Origin: Felis catus
Lineage: Eukaryota
Reading direction: 5' to 3'
DNA length: 64,000 nucleotides
NCBI RefSeq assembly: GCF_018350175.1
Contig: NC_058368.1
Location: forward strand, 42,100,001-42,164,000
A program made the translations under genes and the position numbers. Positions 25,631 to 39,212 of the stretch are shown here, piece by piece; the stretch's first letter is position 1, and each line of letters starts with the position of its first letter. The notes beneath the pieces are model-generated. The model made no database searches and had not been told where the DNA came from. It saw only the letters and a program-made list of their open reading frames with translations.

Positions 25631-28428
25631 ATTGTTGCTAATGACGGTGATGATGATGATGATGGTCTCTTATTCATGTACCAATTTTATGGATTTTTTT
25701 CCCAAGTATTCTACCTGAAGAGGTTCATAAGATACAGAAAGCCATTCCTTTCAAACTCCTAATACTCAATTTCCTTCTTGAGTTAAATTCATCACTGCTT
25801 GTACGACAAGCAAAAGGAACACCATCTTAAAATGTGACCAGAATAATAGGCTTGATTCAACAAAAAGTAAATTGCTCCTGAGCAGGAGGTTTCCTAATTT
25901 GACTTGAGAGATCAACCAAGCAGGCGTGAGCTGGTTCCAACACCTCAGTACAATGCTAATGATTTTTTCATGTTGAATTAATAGGATTGAAATGTTTGTG
26001 ATTTCAGCAGCTGTTGGGAACAGTGGGAGGGCTTTCACCAATACACTGACAGCCTTGTGCCCCTCACATGGCTGTGTTTAGATAAAACAGGAATGCTAAC
26101 AGTCTGTCTAGAGTATGCTAATCTTAAATTAATAATAATTATTTCCACCAAAGGCAGATATCGAACATCTCCTCCATCCCATGGAGAATTTGTATACTTT
26201 TTATGTGTGCATGAAAGGGTAATTTGTTGTGCACATAAAGCAAAATTTATGTTTTGAAGCAGGTGAGTGGCTAGTACTTAGCTGTCTGATTAATTATCAC
26301 AGCAAGAAATGATTAAGATTTGCCAACATGGAGAACATTTTTACTTTGCTCAAGCACATTATTACCCCCTTAGATCCTTTCCCTGGCTCCCGATGGCCTC
26401 CTGTTTAAAATTTAAATGTTTCTTCTACATCCGTATTGAGATTTTCTCCTCTCAGAAACGCTACTAACTGATTCATTTCTGCTCATTTTACCCAACACAC
26501 TGATATATTCGCTCAAATCATTTTTTCTTGTTTCATTCTCTCTCCATTCATCTGGTCTTATCTGTATGTTGTCACATACCTTAAATTTGTCTACTATTTT
26601 AACTTCAGATTGCAAACAATATAATGGGAATGTTTCCCTTTACTGTACTAAAGAAAAATTATTGCAGTGCTAACAGGAGGAATAAATAGAATTTTCAGAT
26701 ATGAAAGTACACTTTAAGTTTCATTTAAAGAATAATAATAAATAGAATAAATTATATTAAATAGAATAAAGAAAGGAATAATGGTATATGAATCAAAAGA
26801 GGATTTTGACAGCCATTACTAATAAAAATCTCCAAAACAAGTAAGCACAAAAATTCAGTTGAAATTCTTTTAAGAATTCACAAAAATGGAGGGGGTAGGA
26901 GTTAAGATGGCAGAGTAGTAAGGGGCCCCTGGGCTTGTCTGGTCCGTTGAACACAGCTAGATCAACATCAAACCATTTTCAACACCTAAGAAACTGTTCT
27001 GAGCATTAACAGAACAATCCGCACAATTTGAGGGAGAGAACATGGCAGGTACATAGTAAGGAGAGGCGAATTGGAGGAGAGAAGAGCCATGGTGCCACAG
27101 AGAGGAGAGCCATTTTGTGGGGGGAGAAAGACAGAAGGGGAGAGAGAGCAGTACATCAGGTGTGCACAAGAAAGCACACCCCCTGAAAGCAGCTAGAGAG
27201 AAAGAGTGAAAATGTGCACAGGGAACTGCACAAGAAAACTGTTCCCCGAAACCACTGATGGGGGAAAAAGAGGGTTGCGATCCCACCAGTGGAGCATAGA
27301 GCCTGAAGTTTCAGAGGTCACCCCCTGGTGGTGCTCTGGCAAGGAAGCAGGATGGAGCCCCAGGAGCAGGCAGCTCCATCTAAGGATTGCCTAGGATGCA
27401 CAGGGAGAAGCAGTTCCCCTGCTTGGAGTACATTTTGTAGAGGTGATACAGGCTATCTATGGGCAAAAGACCCAGAAGGCACCCTCAAGCCACCACACTA
27501 TAGGTATAGGAACAAATACACTGGTTGAGGGCAGAAAACCTGGTGTCGGTTGTGTGTTGTGATTTACCATAAAATCTGAGCCACTGCTGCTGTGTGGTGG
27601 TATGACCATTCCTTGGAACAAGCCTGCCCTGGCCACAGCTCAGCAAGACCCTCCCCCAGATCACAGCAGGTCCAAACCAAGGGGGTCTCTGAAACGTGGA
27701 GTTTTGAGACACAGCTGTGCCCTAGATAAAACTCTGGAAGGAAGTACCTCCTGGTAGGGGAGAAGGTGGGGAGCTGACTGAAGTGGGGGACACAAGACAC
27801 GTATTGATCGTACTTTTTTGAGGGTGTGAACTTCCCACTCTGGAGAATAGAGAGTGAGGTGAAACCATTTTCATCATTAGCCCACCAGCACTGATCTACC
27901 CAAGTGAGCTAAACAGTCCCACCAAGGGGAGAAAGCCCCGCCCCTCTAAGCCTTCCAGCACATCTTCACTAAGGCAAGTAGGCCTGAGAATCAGAGCAAC
28001 AGGCCTCTAACCCAGAAGACGGAGACAAATTCCTTACACCAGCTCAGTCTATAGTACAGGGAGTGCTGCAAAGTTTCAGCTCCAGCGGAAAGTGGACATA
28101 GCTTCATTTGGGTTCTTTGGTTTGATCACTTGTTCGGTTTTTTTGTTGTTGCTTCTGTTTTTGTTTTTGTTGTTATTTGTTTTTTCTGTTTCATGGATAC
28201 AGATAAATTTTTTTTAATTTTACTTTTAATTTTTTAAATTTTATTATTTCTTTAATTTTTAAATGTTTTCTTATATTTTTTTTCTCTTCTTTTCTCTTTT
28301 TTTCTATCAAGCTTCTCTTAACAAGCAGACCAAAACACACCTAGGATCTAGCTTCCTTTGTTTTAATGTTTAAATTTTTTTAATATTTATTTCATTCTAT
28401 TATTATTATTGTTTTTTCTTCCTCCAAA

Positions 28429-29347
28429 ATGACAAGATGGAAGAATTCACCTCAAAAGAAAAAACCAGGAAGAAATGACGGCCAGAGACATAATCAATCT
28501 AGATACAGGTAATATGTCAGAACTAGAATTTAAAACAATGATTATAAGGTTAAGGACACAAGCTGAGCATGTAAAAAGCATAGAAGACACCACAGAATCC
28601 CTTTCTGCACAAATACATGAATTAAAATCTAGTCAGGCCAAAATTAAAACTGCTATAACCAAGATGCAAAACCAAATGGAGTCCATAAAAATGAAGATGG
28701 ACAAGTCAGATGAGTGAATTAGTGATACAGAAGATATAGAAAATAATGAAGCAGAAAAGAAAAGGGAAACAAAGGTGAGGGATCATGAAGGCAGACTTTG
28801 GGGACTCAGTGATACATTAAGATGTAATACATTTGAATCATAGGAGTCCGAGAAGATGAAGAGAAAGAAAATGGGACAGAAAGTTTATGTGAGCAAATTA
28901 TACCTGAAAACTTCCCTCATCTGGGGAAGGACACAGACATCAAAATCCAAAAAGCACAGAGAACCCCCATTAAAGTTAACAAAAGTCAGCCATCACCAAG
29001 ACATATTGTAGTCAAATTCACAAAATGCATAGACAGGGAAAGAATCCTGAGAGCAGCAAGGGAAAAAAAAGTGCTTAACTTACAAGGGAAGACAGATCAG
29101 GTTCGCAGCAGATCTGTCCACAAAAACTTGGCAGGCCAGAAGGGATTAGCAAGATACATTCAATGTGCTGAATAGGACAAATATGCAGCCAAGAATACTC
29201 TATGTAGCAAGGCTGTCATTCAAAATAGGAGAGATAAAGAGTTTCCAAGACAAAAACCAAAAACCAAACCAAAACAAACAAAAAAACTAAAGGAGTTTGT
29301 TACCACTAAACCGAATCCTACAAGAAATTTTAAGGGGGGCTCTTTGA
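28429..29347 (+). pseudogene. L1 ORF1p remnant (frameshifts and stops)
   Basis: MSELEFKTMIIR...coiled-coil segment, ataggagtccgagaag (IGVxE), gcagatctgtcc, cagccaagaatactctat. Confidence 0.9.
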
Positions 29348-29428
29348 GCAGAGAGGAAAAAAAAAAGCAACAAAGACTAGAAAGGACCAGAGAACATCAC
29401 CAGAGATACCAACTCTATAGGTAACGCA

Positions 29429-32400
29429 ATGGCAATAAATTCATAACTTTCAATAATCATTCTGCATGTAAATGAACTAAATGCTCCAATCAAAAGACGT
29501 AGGGTATCAGAATGGATTAAAAAAAAAAAAACAAGATCTGTCTACATGCTGCCTACAATAGACTCATTTTAGACCTAAGACACCTGCAGATTGAAAGTGA
29601 GGGGATGGACAATTTATTATGTGAATGGACATCAAAAGAAAGCTGGAGTAGCCATGCTAAACTAGATTTTAAAGCAAAGACCAACAACAGAGAAGAGCAT
29701 TACATCATAATTAAGGGGTCTATCCATCAAGAAGGTATAACAATTGTAAATATTTACACCTTCAACTTAGGAGCACCCATATATATAAATCAATTAATCA
29801 CAAACATAAAGAAACTCATTGATAATAATACCATAATAGTAGGGGACTTTAACATTCCACTTACAGCAACCAACAGATCACCTAAGCAAAAAATCAACAA
29901 GAAAACAATGGCTTTGAAAAACACACTGGACCAGATAGACGTAACAGATATATTCAGAACATTTCATCCTAAAGCAAAAGAATACACATTCTTTTCAAGT
30001 GCACATGGAACATTATCCAGAATAGATCACATACTGTGTCACAAATCAGCCCTCAACAAGTACCAAAAGATGGAGTCATACCATGCATATTTTCAGATCA
30101 CAATGCTATGAAACACATCAACCACATGAAAATTTTGGGAAGCCGTCAAATACATGTAGGTTAAAGAATATCCCACTAAAGAATGAATGGGTTAGCCATG
30201 AAATTAAAGAAGAAATAAAATACATGGAAGCAAATGGAGATGAAAACCCAACAGTCTGAAACCTTTGGGATGCAGCAAAGGCAGTCCTAAGAGTGAAGTA
30301 TATTGCAATTCATGTCTATCTCAAGAATCAAGAAAGATCCCAAATACACAACCTAACCTTACACCTAAAGGAGCTAGAAAAGGAACAGCAAATAAAGCCC
30401 AAAGCCAGCAGAAGAAGGGAAATAATAAAGATTAGAGAAGAAATAAGTGATATAGGAACAAAAACCCCCCCCACAGTATAACAGAGCAATTAAACTAAGA
30501 GTTAATTCTTTGAAAAAATTAATGAAATTGATAAACTCCCATCCAGACTTATCAAAAAGAGAAAGGACCCAAATAGATTAAATCACAAATGTAAGAGGAG
30601 AGATCACAACCAACACCACAGAAATACAAATAATTACAAGAGAATACTATGGAAAACTATACAGCAACAAACTGGGAAATCTGGAAGAAATGGACAAATT
30701 CCTAGCAACATACAAACTACCAAACTGAAACAGGAAGAAATAGAAAATTTGAACAGACCCATAACCTGCAAAGAAACTGAAATCAGTAATCAAAAATTTC
30801 CCAACAAACAAGAGTGCTGGGCCAGATGGCTTCCTAGGGAAATTCTATCAGACATTTAAAGAAGAGTTAACACCTATTCTTCTCAAATTGTTCCAAAAAA
30901 TAAAAATAGAAGGTAAACTTCCAAACTCATTCTACGAGGCCAGCATTACCTTGATTGCAAAACCATACAAGGACCCCACTAAAATAGGAGAATTACAGAC
31001 CAATATTCCTGATGAATATGAATGCAAAAATTCTCAACAAGATCCCAGCAAATCAAATTCAACAGTACCTTAACATAATTATTTACCATGATCAAGTGGG
31101 ATTTATTTCTGGGATATAGGGCTGATTCAATATTTGCAAATTAACCAATGAGATACATCACATTATTAAAAGAAAGGATAAGAACCATATGATCCTGTCG
31201 ATAGATGCAGAAGAAGCATTTGGCAAAATACAGCCTCCATTCTTGATAAAAAACCTTCAGAAAACTTCAACATCAGAAAGGCCATATACAAAAGACCCAC
31301 AGCTAATATCATCCTCAATGGGGAAAATCTGACAGCCTTTTCCCTATGGCCACGAAGAAGACAAGGATGTCTGCCTTCACCATTACTATTTAACACAGTA
31401 CTGGAAGTCTTAGCCTCAGCAACCAGACAACAAACAGAAATAAAAGACATCCAAATCACAAATCAGCAAGGAAGAAGTCAAACATTCACTATGTGCAGAT
31501 GACATGATACTCTATGTACAAAACCCAAAAGATTCCACCAAAAAATTGCTAGAAGTAATATATGAATTCAGCAAAGTCACAGGATATAAAATCAACATGC
31601 AGAAATCTGTTGCATTTCTATACACCAATAGTGAAGCAGCGGAAAAAGAAATCAAAGTATCTATCCCATCTGCAGTTGCACGCAAAGCAATAAGATACCT
31701 AGGAATAAACCTAAGAGGTAAAAGATCTATACTCTGAAAGCTATAAAACACTCATGAAAAAAACTGAGGAGGACGCAAAGAAATTGAAAAGCATTCCATG
31801 CTCATGGATTGGAGGAACAAATATTGTTAAAATATCTATACCACCCAAAGCAATCTACACATTTAATGCAATCCCTATCAAAATACCACCAACATTCTTC
31901 ACAGAGCTAGGACAAACAATCCTAAAATTTGTATGTAACCCCAAAAGACCCTGAATAGCCAAAGCAATCGTGAAAAAGAAAAGCAAAACTGGAGGCATCA
32001 TAATTCTGGATTTCGAGCTGTACTACAAAGTTGTAGTTATCAAGACAGTATGGTACTGACACAAAAGCTGACACATAGCTTAGAATACCCAGAAATGGAC
32101 CCATAGCTACATCATCAACTAATCTTAGACAAGGCAGGAAAGAATATCTAACGGAAAAAAGACAATCTCTTAAACAAATGGTTCTGAGAAAACTGAACAG
32201 CAACATGCAGAAGAATGAAACTATACCACTTTCTTACACCATACACAAAAATAAATTCAAAATGGACGAGAGACTTGGATGCCTGGATGGCTCAGTCGGT
32301 TAAGTGTCCAACTTCAGCTCAGGCCATGATGTCACGGTTCATGAGTTTGAGGCCTGCATCAGGCTCTGCGCTGACAGCTCAGAGCCTGGAGCCTCCTTCG

Positions 32401-32975
32401 GATTCTGTGTCTCCCTCTCTCTCTGACCCTCCCCTGCTCATGCTCTGTTTCTCTCTCTCTCTAAAATAAACATTTTTAAAAATGGATGAAAAACCTAAAA
32501 GTGAGACAAGAAACCATCAAAATCCTAGAGGTGAACACACATAGCAATGTCTTTGACCTCAGCTGGAGCAACTTCTTACTAGACATGTTACTGAAGGCAA
32601 GGGAAACAAAAGTAAACATGAATTACTGGGACTTCATCAAGATAAAAAGTTTCTTCACAGCAAAGGAAAAAATCAACAAAACTAAAAGGCAGTCAATGGA
32701 ATGGGAGAAGATATTTGCAAACGACATATCTGATTTGAAGGGACATAGGCACCCCAATGTTAATAACAACATTATCAACAATAGCCAAAGTATGGAGAGA
32801 GTCCAAATGTCCATCAACTGATGAATGGATAAAGAAGATGGAGTATTACTTGCCTTCAAAAAGAATGAAATCTTATCATTTGCAATGACATAGATGGAGG
32901 TAGAGTGTATTATGCTAAGCAAAATAAGTCAATCAGAGAAAAACAAATATGATTTCACTCATATGTGGAATTTAA
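29429..32975 (+). pseudogene. L1 ORF2p remnant (endonuclease plus RT), disrupted
   Basis: [42 protein letters not shown] at ~31490, IPCSWIG; many stops, deletions and a SINE insertion. Confidence 0.95.
32277..32478 (+). mobile_element. Can-SINE nested in L1 ORF2
   Basis: Diverged 18-bp TSD aaaatggacgagagactt (32259-32276) / aaaatggatgaaaaacct (32479-32496) duplicating L1 sequence. Confidence 0.95.
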
Positions 32976-33508
32976 GAAACAAAACAGATGAACATATCGG
33001 AAGGAGGGTAGGGTAGAGAAGAGAAGGAAACAAACCACAAGAGACTCTTAATGACAGAGAACAAAACTATGGGTTGATGGAGGGAGGTGGGTGGAAGATG
33101 GGCTAGATGAATTGGGTACTAAGGAGGGAACTTGTTGTGATGAGCATTGGGTGTTGTATGTCAATGATGAATCACTGAATTCTACTCTTGAAACCAATAT
33201 TGAACTGTTAACTAAAATTTAAATTATAAAAATAATAAAGAACAAGAAAAAAAATAAAAGCATGTAATACAAACTCATAAAATTAATATAGTAAGTACAG
33301 TTTAGTTTGCATAAAATATATTTAGGGGTCTTTTTTCTAAAATAAAGTCAATATATCATCTATTGCTCTATTGCTCTACCTATCTATTGATAGGTAATTT
33401 GGCATCAAACTTCTTTCAAATTAAATAGCTGTATTTTAACTCTGGAAAGGCAAATTAAACTAAAATGTGCATAGCCAAAACCAGATTAAATTTTTCTCAC
33501 CACCTTTG

Positions 33509-33553
33509 TAAAACAAAACAAAACAAAACAAAACAAAATAAAAACAAAAAAAC
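33509..33553 (+). repeat. (AAAAC)n microsatellite
   Basis: Direct read. Confidence 0.9.
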
Positions 33554-33861
33554 ACAATACTTTGGAGAACCAATACTAGAAGGGGTATGTATAACAATGT
33601 TTGGTACTTTTTGTGTAACAAGGGTGTTGGATTCCTAATGCGGTTGTACCTCCCTCCCAACTTTCATAATTTGTTAGATTTCTTGTTATTATTTCCACCT
33701 ACATATCAAAGTGTACAATTTATAAAGCTCTTCTGCAAAGACATGTATTTATAATGAAAACAAGATGCCTAAATCAGTTAAATATATGGCATGATCCTAA
33801 CACTTTTCATTAGAGTATTTTAACTGTAAACAATATGAATATTTTGTTCAAACTCCAAGCC

Positions 33862-33896
33862 AGAGAGAGAGAGAGAGAGAGAGTGAGAGAGAGAGA
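33862..33896 (+). repeat. (GA)n microsatellite
   Basis: Direct read. Confidence 0.9.
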
Positions 33897-35153
33897 AGAT
33901 TCATGATTCATAAGTACTAGATACATTTATAGAAGAATATATTAAACTGGAAATAAAGCTTTTGACAAATAAATTGAGAATCTGATTATTATGTAGGTTT
34001 TTTCTCCAATGTATGTATGAATATTTACATATACAACATATATACATATACTGCTATATATAACCTAAAAATAAGTTATCCTAAATCTACATTTTGCCAG
34101 GGATTTATCTAAAACAGACACGTATACACACACGTATACCCTAAAGCACATGTGTACATATATAATATCTACATTATAATGGAAGGTTTAAGATTTCTAC
34201 TTCATAAAAATATGAAGATAATCACTAAGCGTGGTATCTAACCTCTAAAACTGCACTGTCAGACCTTGTTCATTATGCAGTAATTAGAAAGAGAGCATTA
34301 GCATCAATGCTGTGAACTTTTCAATGTAGTTCAGTATATAGTGTGGCATAACCAATTAAAACAAAAACATTTAAGGAGGCAAGGAAACCATTAAAGCCAA
34401 TTCATTAGACCTTCATATTTTGGGTTCAGTGCTACTGAACATGCACATTCAAGCAGAAAAACTTGAATTGCTGATATATCCCAAAGCATATTGTAAATCT
34501 GAGAGGTAGGATAGCCTTAGAGTACTAATTATACATTGACAAGGCTATCATAAGGATTTAAATAGCTGTTAGGAATATAGAGACCTAAACCAATAGCAAT
34601 GGAGAAATATAAAGTGGATTCTCTTAGAATTATGTTGTATATTGTTTAGACAAATATAATTTAGGCTGATTTATACAGCTGTCAAAAGTCAAATTCATTC
34701 CTAAAGTAGATGAATGCACAACAGTTAAACCATAATACATCACAAATGGAGGTTCAGGCATTTCTCCCATTCTGAAACTCTCCAGACCATTCAAGTACCA
34801 CTAAGATAATTCTCTGGAAGTGGCCATGTATTTTCAAAAGATGATGTTCATTTGCTCTGATCTTTATTATGCTCCATAGCTGTATCTTTAAAAACATGGC
34901 CACTGTTTCTTCTTGACCACATAGGTATAGTGCATCAGCAGCGCACACTCCAGATGCAACTCATCTCAAAGTCGCTCACGGTGACTCAGAAAGAAACCAA
35001 TAGTAATGATTATACAATGATTTGTGAGACTCTCCCAAATACAGTCACCATTATCAAAATATAATATTACTGAAGGATACACATGCAAATACATATATAT
35101 GTATCACTCAGCTAGATTATTAACTCTTTAGCAGCACAAAGAATTTTATCTTC

Positions 35154-35367
35154 TTTTTTTATTTATTTTTTATTTTTTATTTTTTATTTTTTATTTTTTA
35201 TTTTTTATTTTTTCAGAGAGAGAGAGAGAGAGAGAAAGTGCATGTGAGTGCAAAACAGGGAAGGGCAGAGAGAGAATCTTAAGCAGGCTCCATGTCCACA
35301 GTTGTGAGATTACCTGAGCTGAAATCAAGATTTGGATGCTTACCCAACTAAGCCACCCAGGTGCCCC
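35154..35367 (-). mobile_element. Can-SINE with internal deletion and (TTTTTA)n tail
   Basis: Head at 35367; the B-box-containing middle is shortened. Confidence 0.9.
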
Positions 35368-35731
35368 AGAATTTTTTTGTCTCAAATGTCATTTCCACCA
35401 ATAAGATGATGTGGGCATAGAAAGCATTTCAGCAATATCTGTAATATGTAACAGTGACTGTACCCACTTTAAACTCTGCCAGTATCAAGAAATGTGCTGA
35501 TAGGATGATCAAAATCCATCTGTACCTTCCTGCACCCACCCTAGAAACAATAACAACAAATAATATATGACAATCAGCAGTCATTTTTGAGGTACTTACC
35601 ATGTGTCAAGCAATTATCTCTTTTTTATCCTCACTCAGAACAATGCTATGACATAAGCATTACAATTTGATTTTTCACACAAAAAAATATACTTTAGGAA
35701 TCAAAGATATAATCATATTAAGAATGCATGG

Positions 35732-35957
35732 GGGGCACCTGGGTGGCTCAATTGGTTAAGCGTCAGACTTCAGCTCAGGTCATCATCTCATAGCTCATGA
35801 GTTCGAGACCCGCATCGGGCTTTGTGCTGATAGCTCAGAGCCTGGAGCCTGCTTCAGATTCTGTGTCTCCCTCTCTTGCTCTGCCCCTCCCCCGTTCATG
35901 CTCTGCCTCTTTCTCTCTCTCAAGAATAAATGAACATTAAAAAAATGGAAAAAAAAG
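35732..35957 (+). mobile_element. Can-SINE (probably inserted into an antisense MIR)
   Basis: Full head, body and tail; MIR-like flanks at ~35575-35700 and ~35960-36015. Confidence 0.95.
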
Positions 35958-36386
35958 AAAGGTCAGTATGATTGGAATTCAATTTAATTCCAAAATCAGT
36001 TATCTTAACCACAATAGAATGTTGGCTTTCCCATTCCTGCCAGTAGCTTAACACTAGATTTTAGAAAGAGTCCAAAATATTTCAAAGTAAAAATGCACAA
36101 TTCCTAAAGCCAGGGTAAATTTCTCTAGTAGAAGTTGGACACTTACCCCTTATTAGCTATGTACCTCTAGGTTCCAACATAACCCTCTGGCTTAAGCTTT
36201 GCTTGAGGAATAGAATGAACTAGAAGACAAAATCTACTTCATAATCAGAGACTTGACACTGACCATCTCTTTTATACTGACTCTATTCTACAACAGAAAA
36301 TCCCAGCACGAAGGAAAAATCAAGAATAAGCATAAAAACAGTGTAGGTGCAATGAGAAAGTTTTAGTCAATATCCCTTCCTCTCTA

Positions 36387-36441
36387 ACACACACAGACAC
36401 ACACACAGACAGACAGACACACACACACACACACACACACC
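36387..36441 (+). repeat. (CA)n/(CAGA)n microsatellite
   Basis: Direct read. Confidence 0.9.
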
Positions 36442-36739
36442 CCAGAAGTTACTGAGTGACTCTTTAAAAATGGGTATCATCTAATCTCAGACACAGAGGA
36501 CAAACATCATTACTATTAAATAAGAAGAAAATGATGGAAATTCTTTAACAGAAGAAATCAAATTATCAAATCACTAAATTATTACTAGGTACAAAATATA
36601 CTCAGGAATAGAAAAATAATTTTATGTAGAAAAGAAAAATAATATATGTAGAATATAAAAATAATTTTACAAAAAGTGGTTTGTCATGAGTAATAGCAAT
36701 CTCCTAAATAAGTGGCAATCTAGATGATGTATTTGACTC

Positions 36740-36965
36740 AAAATAACTCTTGTAGATGTGTGAAGGCTGAATTAGAAAGGGACGACAAAAAGATTGTGAG
36801 ACTACAATGGTCCAGGTGAGAGACGACCTTATCCTGAAATAAGGAGGTGGCAGCAGGATTGGAGAAAAGAGGATTTAAAAGGTTAAAAAAAAGATGTAAA
36901 TAGATAAGGTTTGATGATTGATGAAATGTGAAATTGAGAGAGAAATAAGAGATTCCTCTAACTCT
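36740..36965 (-). mobile_element. L2 fragment
   Basis: gagactacaatggtccaggtgagagacga...ggtggcagcaggattggagaaaag. Confidence 0.65.
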
Positions 36966-36993
36966 GGCAAATGTTGTTACAGGTAAGATTAAT

Positions 36994-37137
36994 CAGGATT
37001 GGCTCTTCATTGGTGAAGCCCAGTGCAAAATGTAGAGTCTCTTGTTCAAAAGTATTAAGAATTCCAAGATGGCAACAGCAGAACATTAAACAAGCACAGG
37101 ACCCTTCTGTGCGCCAATGTCCACAGAGCCAGTCCTG
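36994..37137 (-). mobile_element. MER45A-like hAT-Tip100 MITE
   Basis: TIRs caggattggct / agccagtcctg; gcccagtgcaaaatg...ttgttcaaaagtattaagaattccaagatggcaacagcagaacattaaac; 8-bp TSD agattaat/aaactaat. Confidence 0.85.
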
Positions 37138-37694
37138 AAACTAATTCACCAATATCCTAGAACACTGATCAGGGAAGCAAAAGAAAATAAGTCAGAGATA
37201 TTACTCAACCAATATATTTTTAAAAATCCGTGTTAGAAAAAGGATAAACAAGAGCGAATCTCTTACATGGCCTCCTCTTCTGTCCTCCTTTGGGATTCTT
37301 CCATCTGTGGCTCTTCTGCCTTTCCTAGCAAACTTTGTCTCTTACTCCCAGGGTGGGGATAGACACACCCACTCAGGTCTTGGCACTCTGAAACAGCAGT
37401 AGAGCCCCACGACATCACCCAGATCCCTTAGTGCCTTAGCAACAGAACTCCTGTGTGTATATGTACATGCACGTGTGTGTCTCCTGTGTGTGTGTGTGCA
37501 TGTGTGTGCGTACAAGAAAGTGAAAGGATGTCACTGTCCTGTCCAGTCCTGCCTTATGCTTCCCTGCATTCCCCCATACCTTCTGTGTTCTGGTGGAGCT
37601 AAGGTTTTATTCCTCACAACACTGCCAAAAGCATAGTACTGCCTGTGAGTTGGACCCAACTCCCAGCCTCTTGGAGCCAGGGTGAAAGCAATCA

Positions 37695-38152
37695 TGAAAG
37701 AGAATTTTAACTACCTCCATTCTGACCTGTCTGTACTTTCTAACTGATTAAGTTCTCCTTTCCAGCTTATGTTTCAACTCGGGCAAAAGACCCAGCAGGC
37801 AAAGCATCCTGCGATGGGAACCGAAACTACGACCTCAAGCAATAAAGACCTCACACGATTGACCCCAAGACAATGATCGATCTGACCCTTACTGCTCACC
37901 TGCATGGACCCACTCACCTTTGTACAATATTTTCCTTATATAACCTGGATGTATTTTCAGCACTTTGGAGACAGCCTTTGGGACACTAGCCAACTGTCTT
38001 CCCAGTGTGGGCCTCACTGAAATAAATTCCTTTCTAGTGTTACCACCACTACTCTCTCTGCCTTTGGATTTGGTCAGTGGTAAGTGGGCAGAGCCTGGTC
38101 TGTTTGGGACCCCTGAAGCCAGGTGCGCTTGCACCCCTGCTCCTCATTTATA
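37695..38152 (+). mobile_element. Solo carnivore ERV LTR
   Basis: TG start, TATA-like tatataa (~37937), AATAAA (~38021), U5-like end; tentative 4-bp TSD atca/atcg. Confidence 0.8.
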
Positions 38153-38361
38153 ATCGTCCTCACTGTGGCCTATTGGGTCCCATGACTGGGGTTGACATCT
38201 GCCTAACAGCGGTTACGCAAGAGAGTGGGGAGACTTCCTCACCGTGCACTTAAGTGTGTCATTTACCAGCCAGGCTTTGAGACACAACACTGCATATTTC
38301 TTTTTCTCAGTCCAAAAGACATTCCTTTTTCAATCAAGTGAGGCCCCACTGTCCTCTTACA

Positions 38362-38429
38362 GAGAGAAAGAGAGAGAGAGCGCGCATGAGAGAGAAACAA
38401 GAGAGAGAGAGAGACAGAGAGACAGAGAG
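38362..38429 (+). repeat. (GA)n-rich tract
   Basis: Direct read. Confidence 0.85.
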
Positions 38430-38799
38430 CGCTTTTGAAATACAGGGCACACTTGTATATTTATGTGGGTGTGGGCAGATGGAGCAGAGGGGATTCGGAC
38501 TTAGGACCTACGTTCCTGCAGTTAAGTGACAATTTCTGACATGCAATACAATTCCCAAGCTGGGATTAGAGGAACAGAGAATGGCAACTGGCCTGTTACT
38601 GCTAATTCAAGGTGTGGAGGGGTAGAGAAGGCATCTCCTTGTGTAAAAGAGGCCTCAGCTATGAAGTGCAATTTCTGCTTCTCTCTAAGCCCTCAGGTCA
38701 CTGAAGCTGCCTTTGTTTTTGTGACAATACAATGCCACACCCCCCATCCACTATTGTACAAAAACAAAAACCCAAAAAGATAAGTCACAAAAGCATAAA

Positions 38800-39050
38800 T
38801 TAGAATGTCACATAAAAATTTAACTACTAAAGCTAAATATGACAAATATAATCAGCCAAATTGATCCATTAAAATGAAACCTATATCTTTGGTGGAATTT
38901 TTTTTCATCTAAATATGTTTTGCCTAAAATAGACATAAGGAGCCTTAAAAATAAAATTTCATAACAAATAAAAAAATGAAACAAGCACAGCCACAGTTGT
39001 AAAACATTAGCAAAAGGGAAGCAGGTAGAGCTATATTAATATCAAGTTAA
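38800..39050 (+). mobile_element. Old L1 ORF2 N-terminal (endonuclease) fragment
   Basis: atatgttttgcctaaaatagaca...aaaagggaagcaggtagagctatattaatatca resembles ICCLQET...KAGVAILIS. Confidence 0.5.
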
Positions 39051-39212
39051 TATTTAAACCTTCTGAGGCCAGATGATGTGTTTTACTTATAAATATAATG
39101 AATAGCATTTGTTTAAGACTCAATGAGACACATTCATGGAGACGGATTCCTAAGTCATGAAACACCAGAAACACAGAGGGCACTGCCATGCTGTATAAAA
39201 CATTAGCTCACA

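Larger units (their letters stand above)
26888..33259 (+). mobile_element. Near-full-length carnivore/felid L1, inactivated
   Basis: 5'UTR beginning ggagttaagatggc, ORF1 and ORF2 remnants, carnivore-type 3'UTR (gaatcactgaattctactc...gttaactaaaattt), A-rich tail; TSD not clearly identifiable. Confidence 0.97.

Noticed and set aside
28475..32922. L1-derived ORFs as functional CDS
   Set aside because: Fragmented by stops, frameshifts, deletions and a SINE; the RT motif reads CADD.
26872..33260. TSD for the long L1 (aagaattcacaaaaat vs aagaacaagaaaaaaaat)
   Set aside because: Similarity is mostly A-rich and not convincing.
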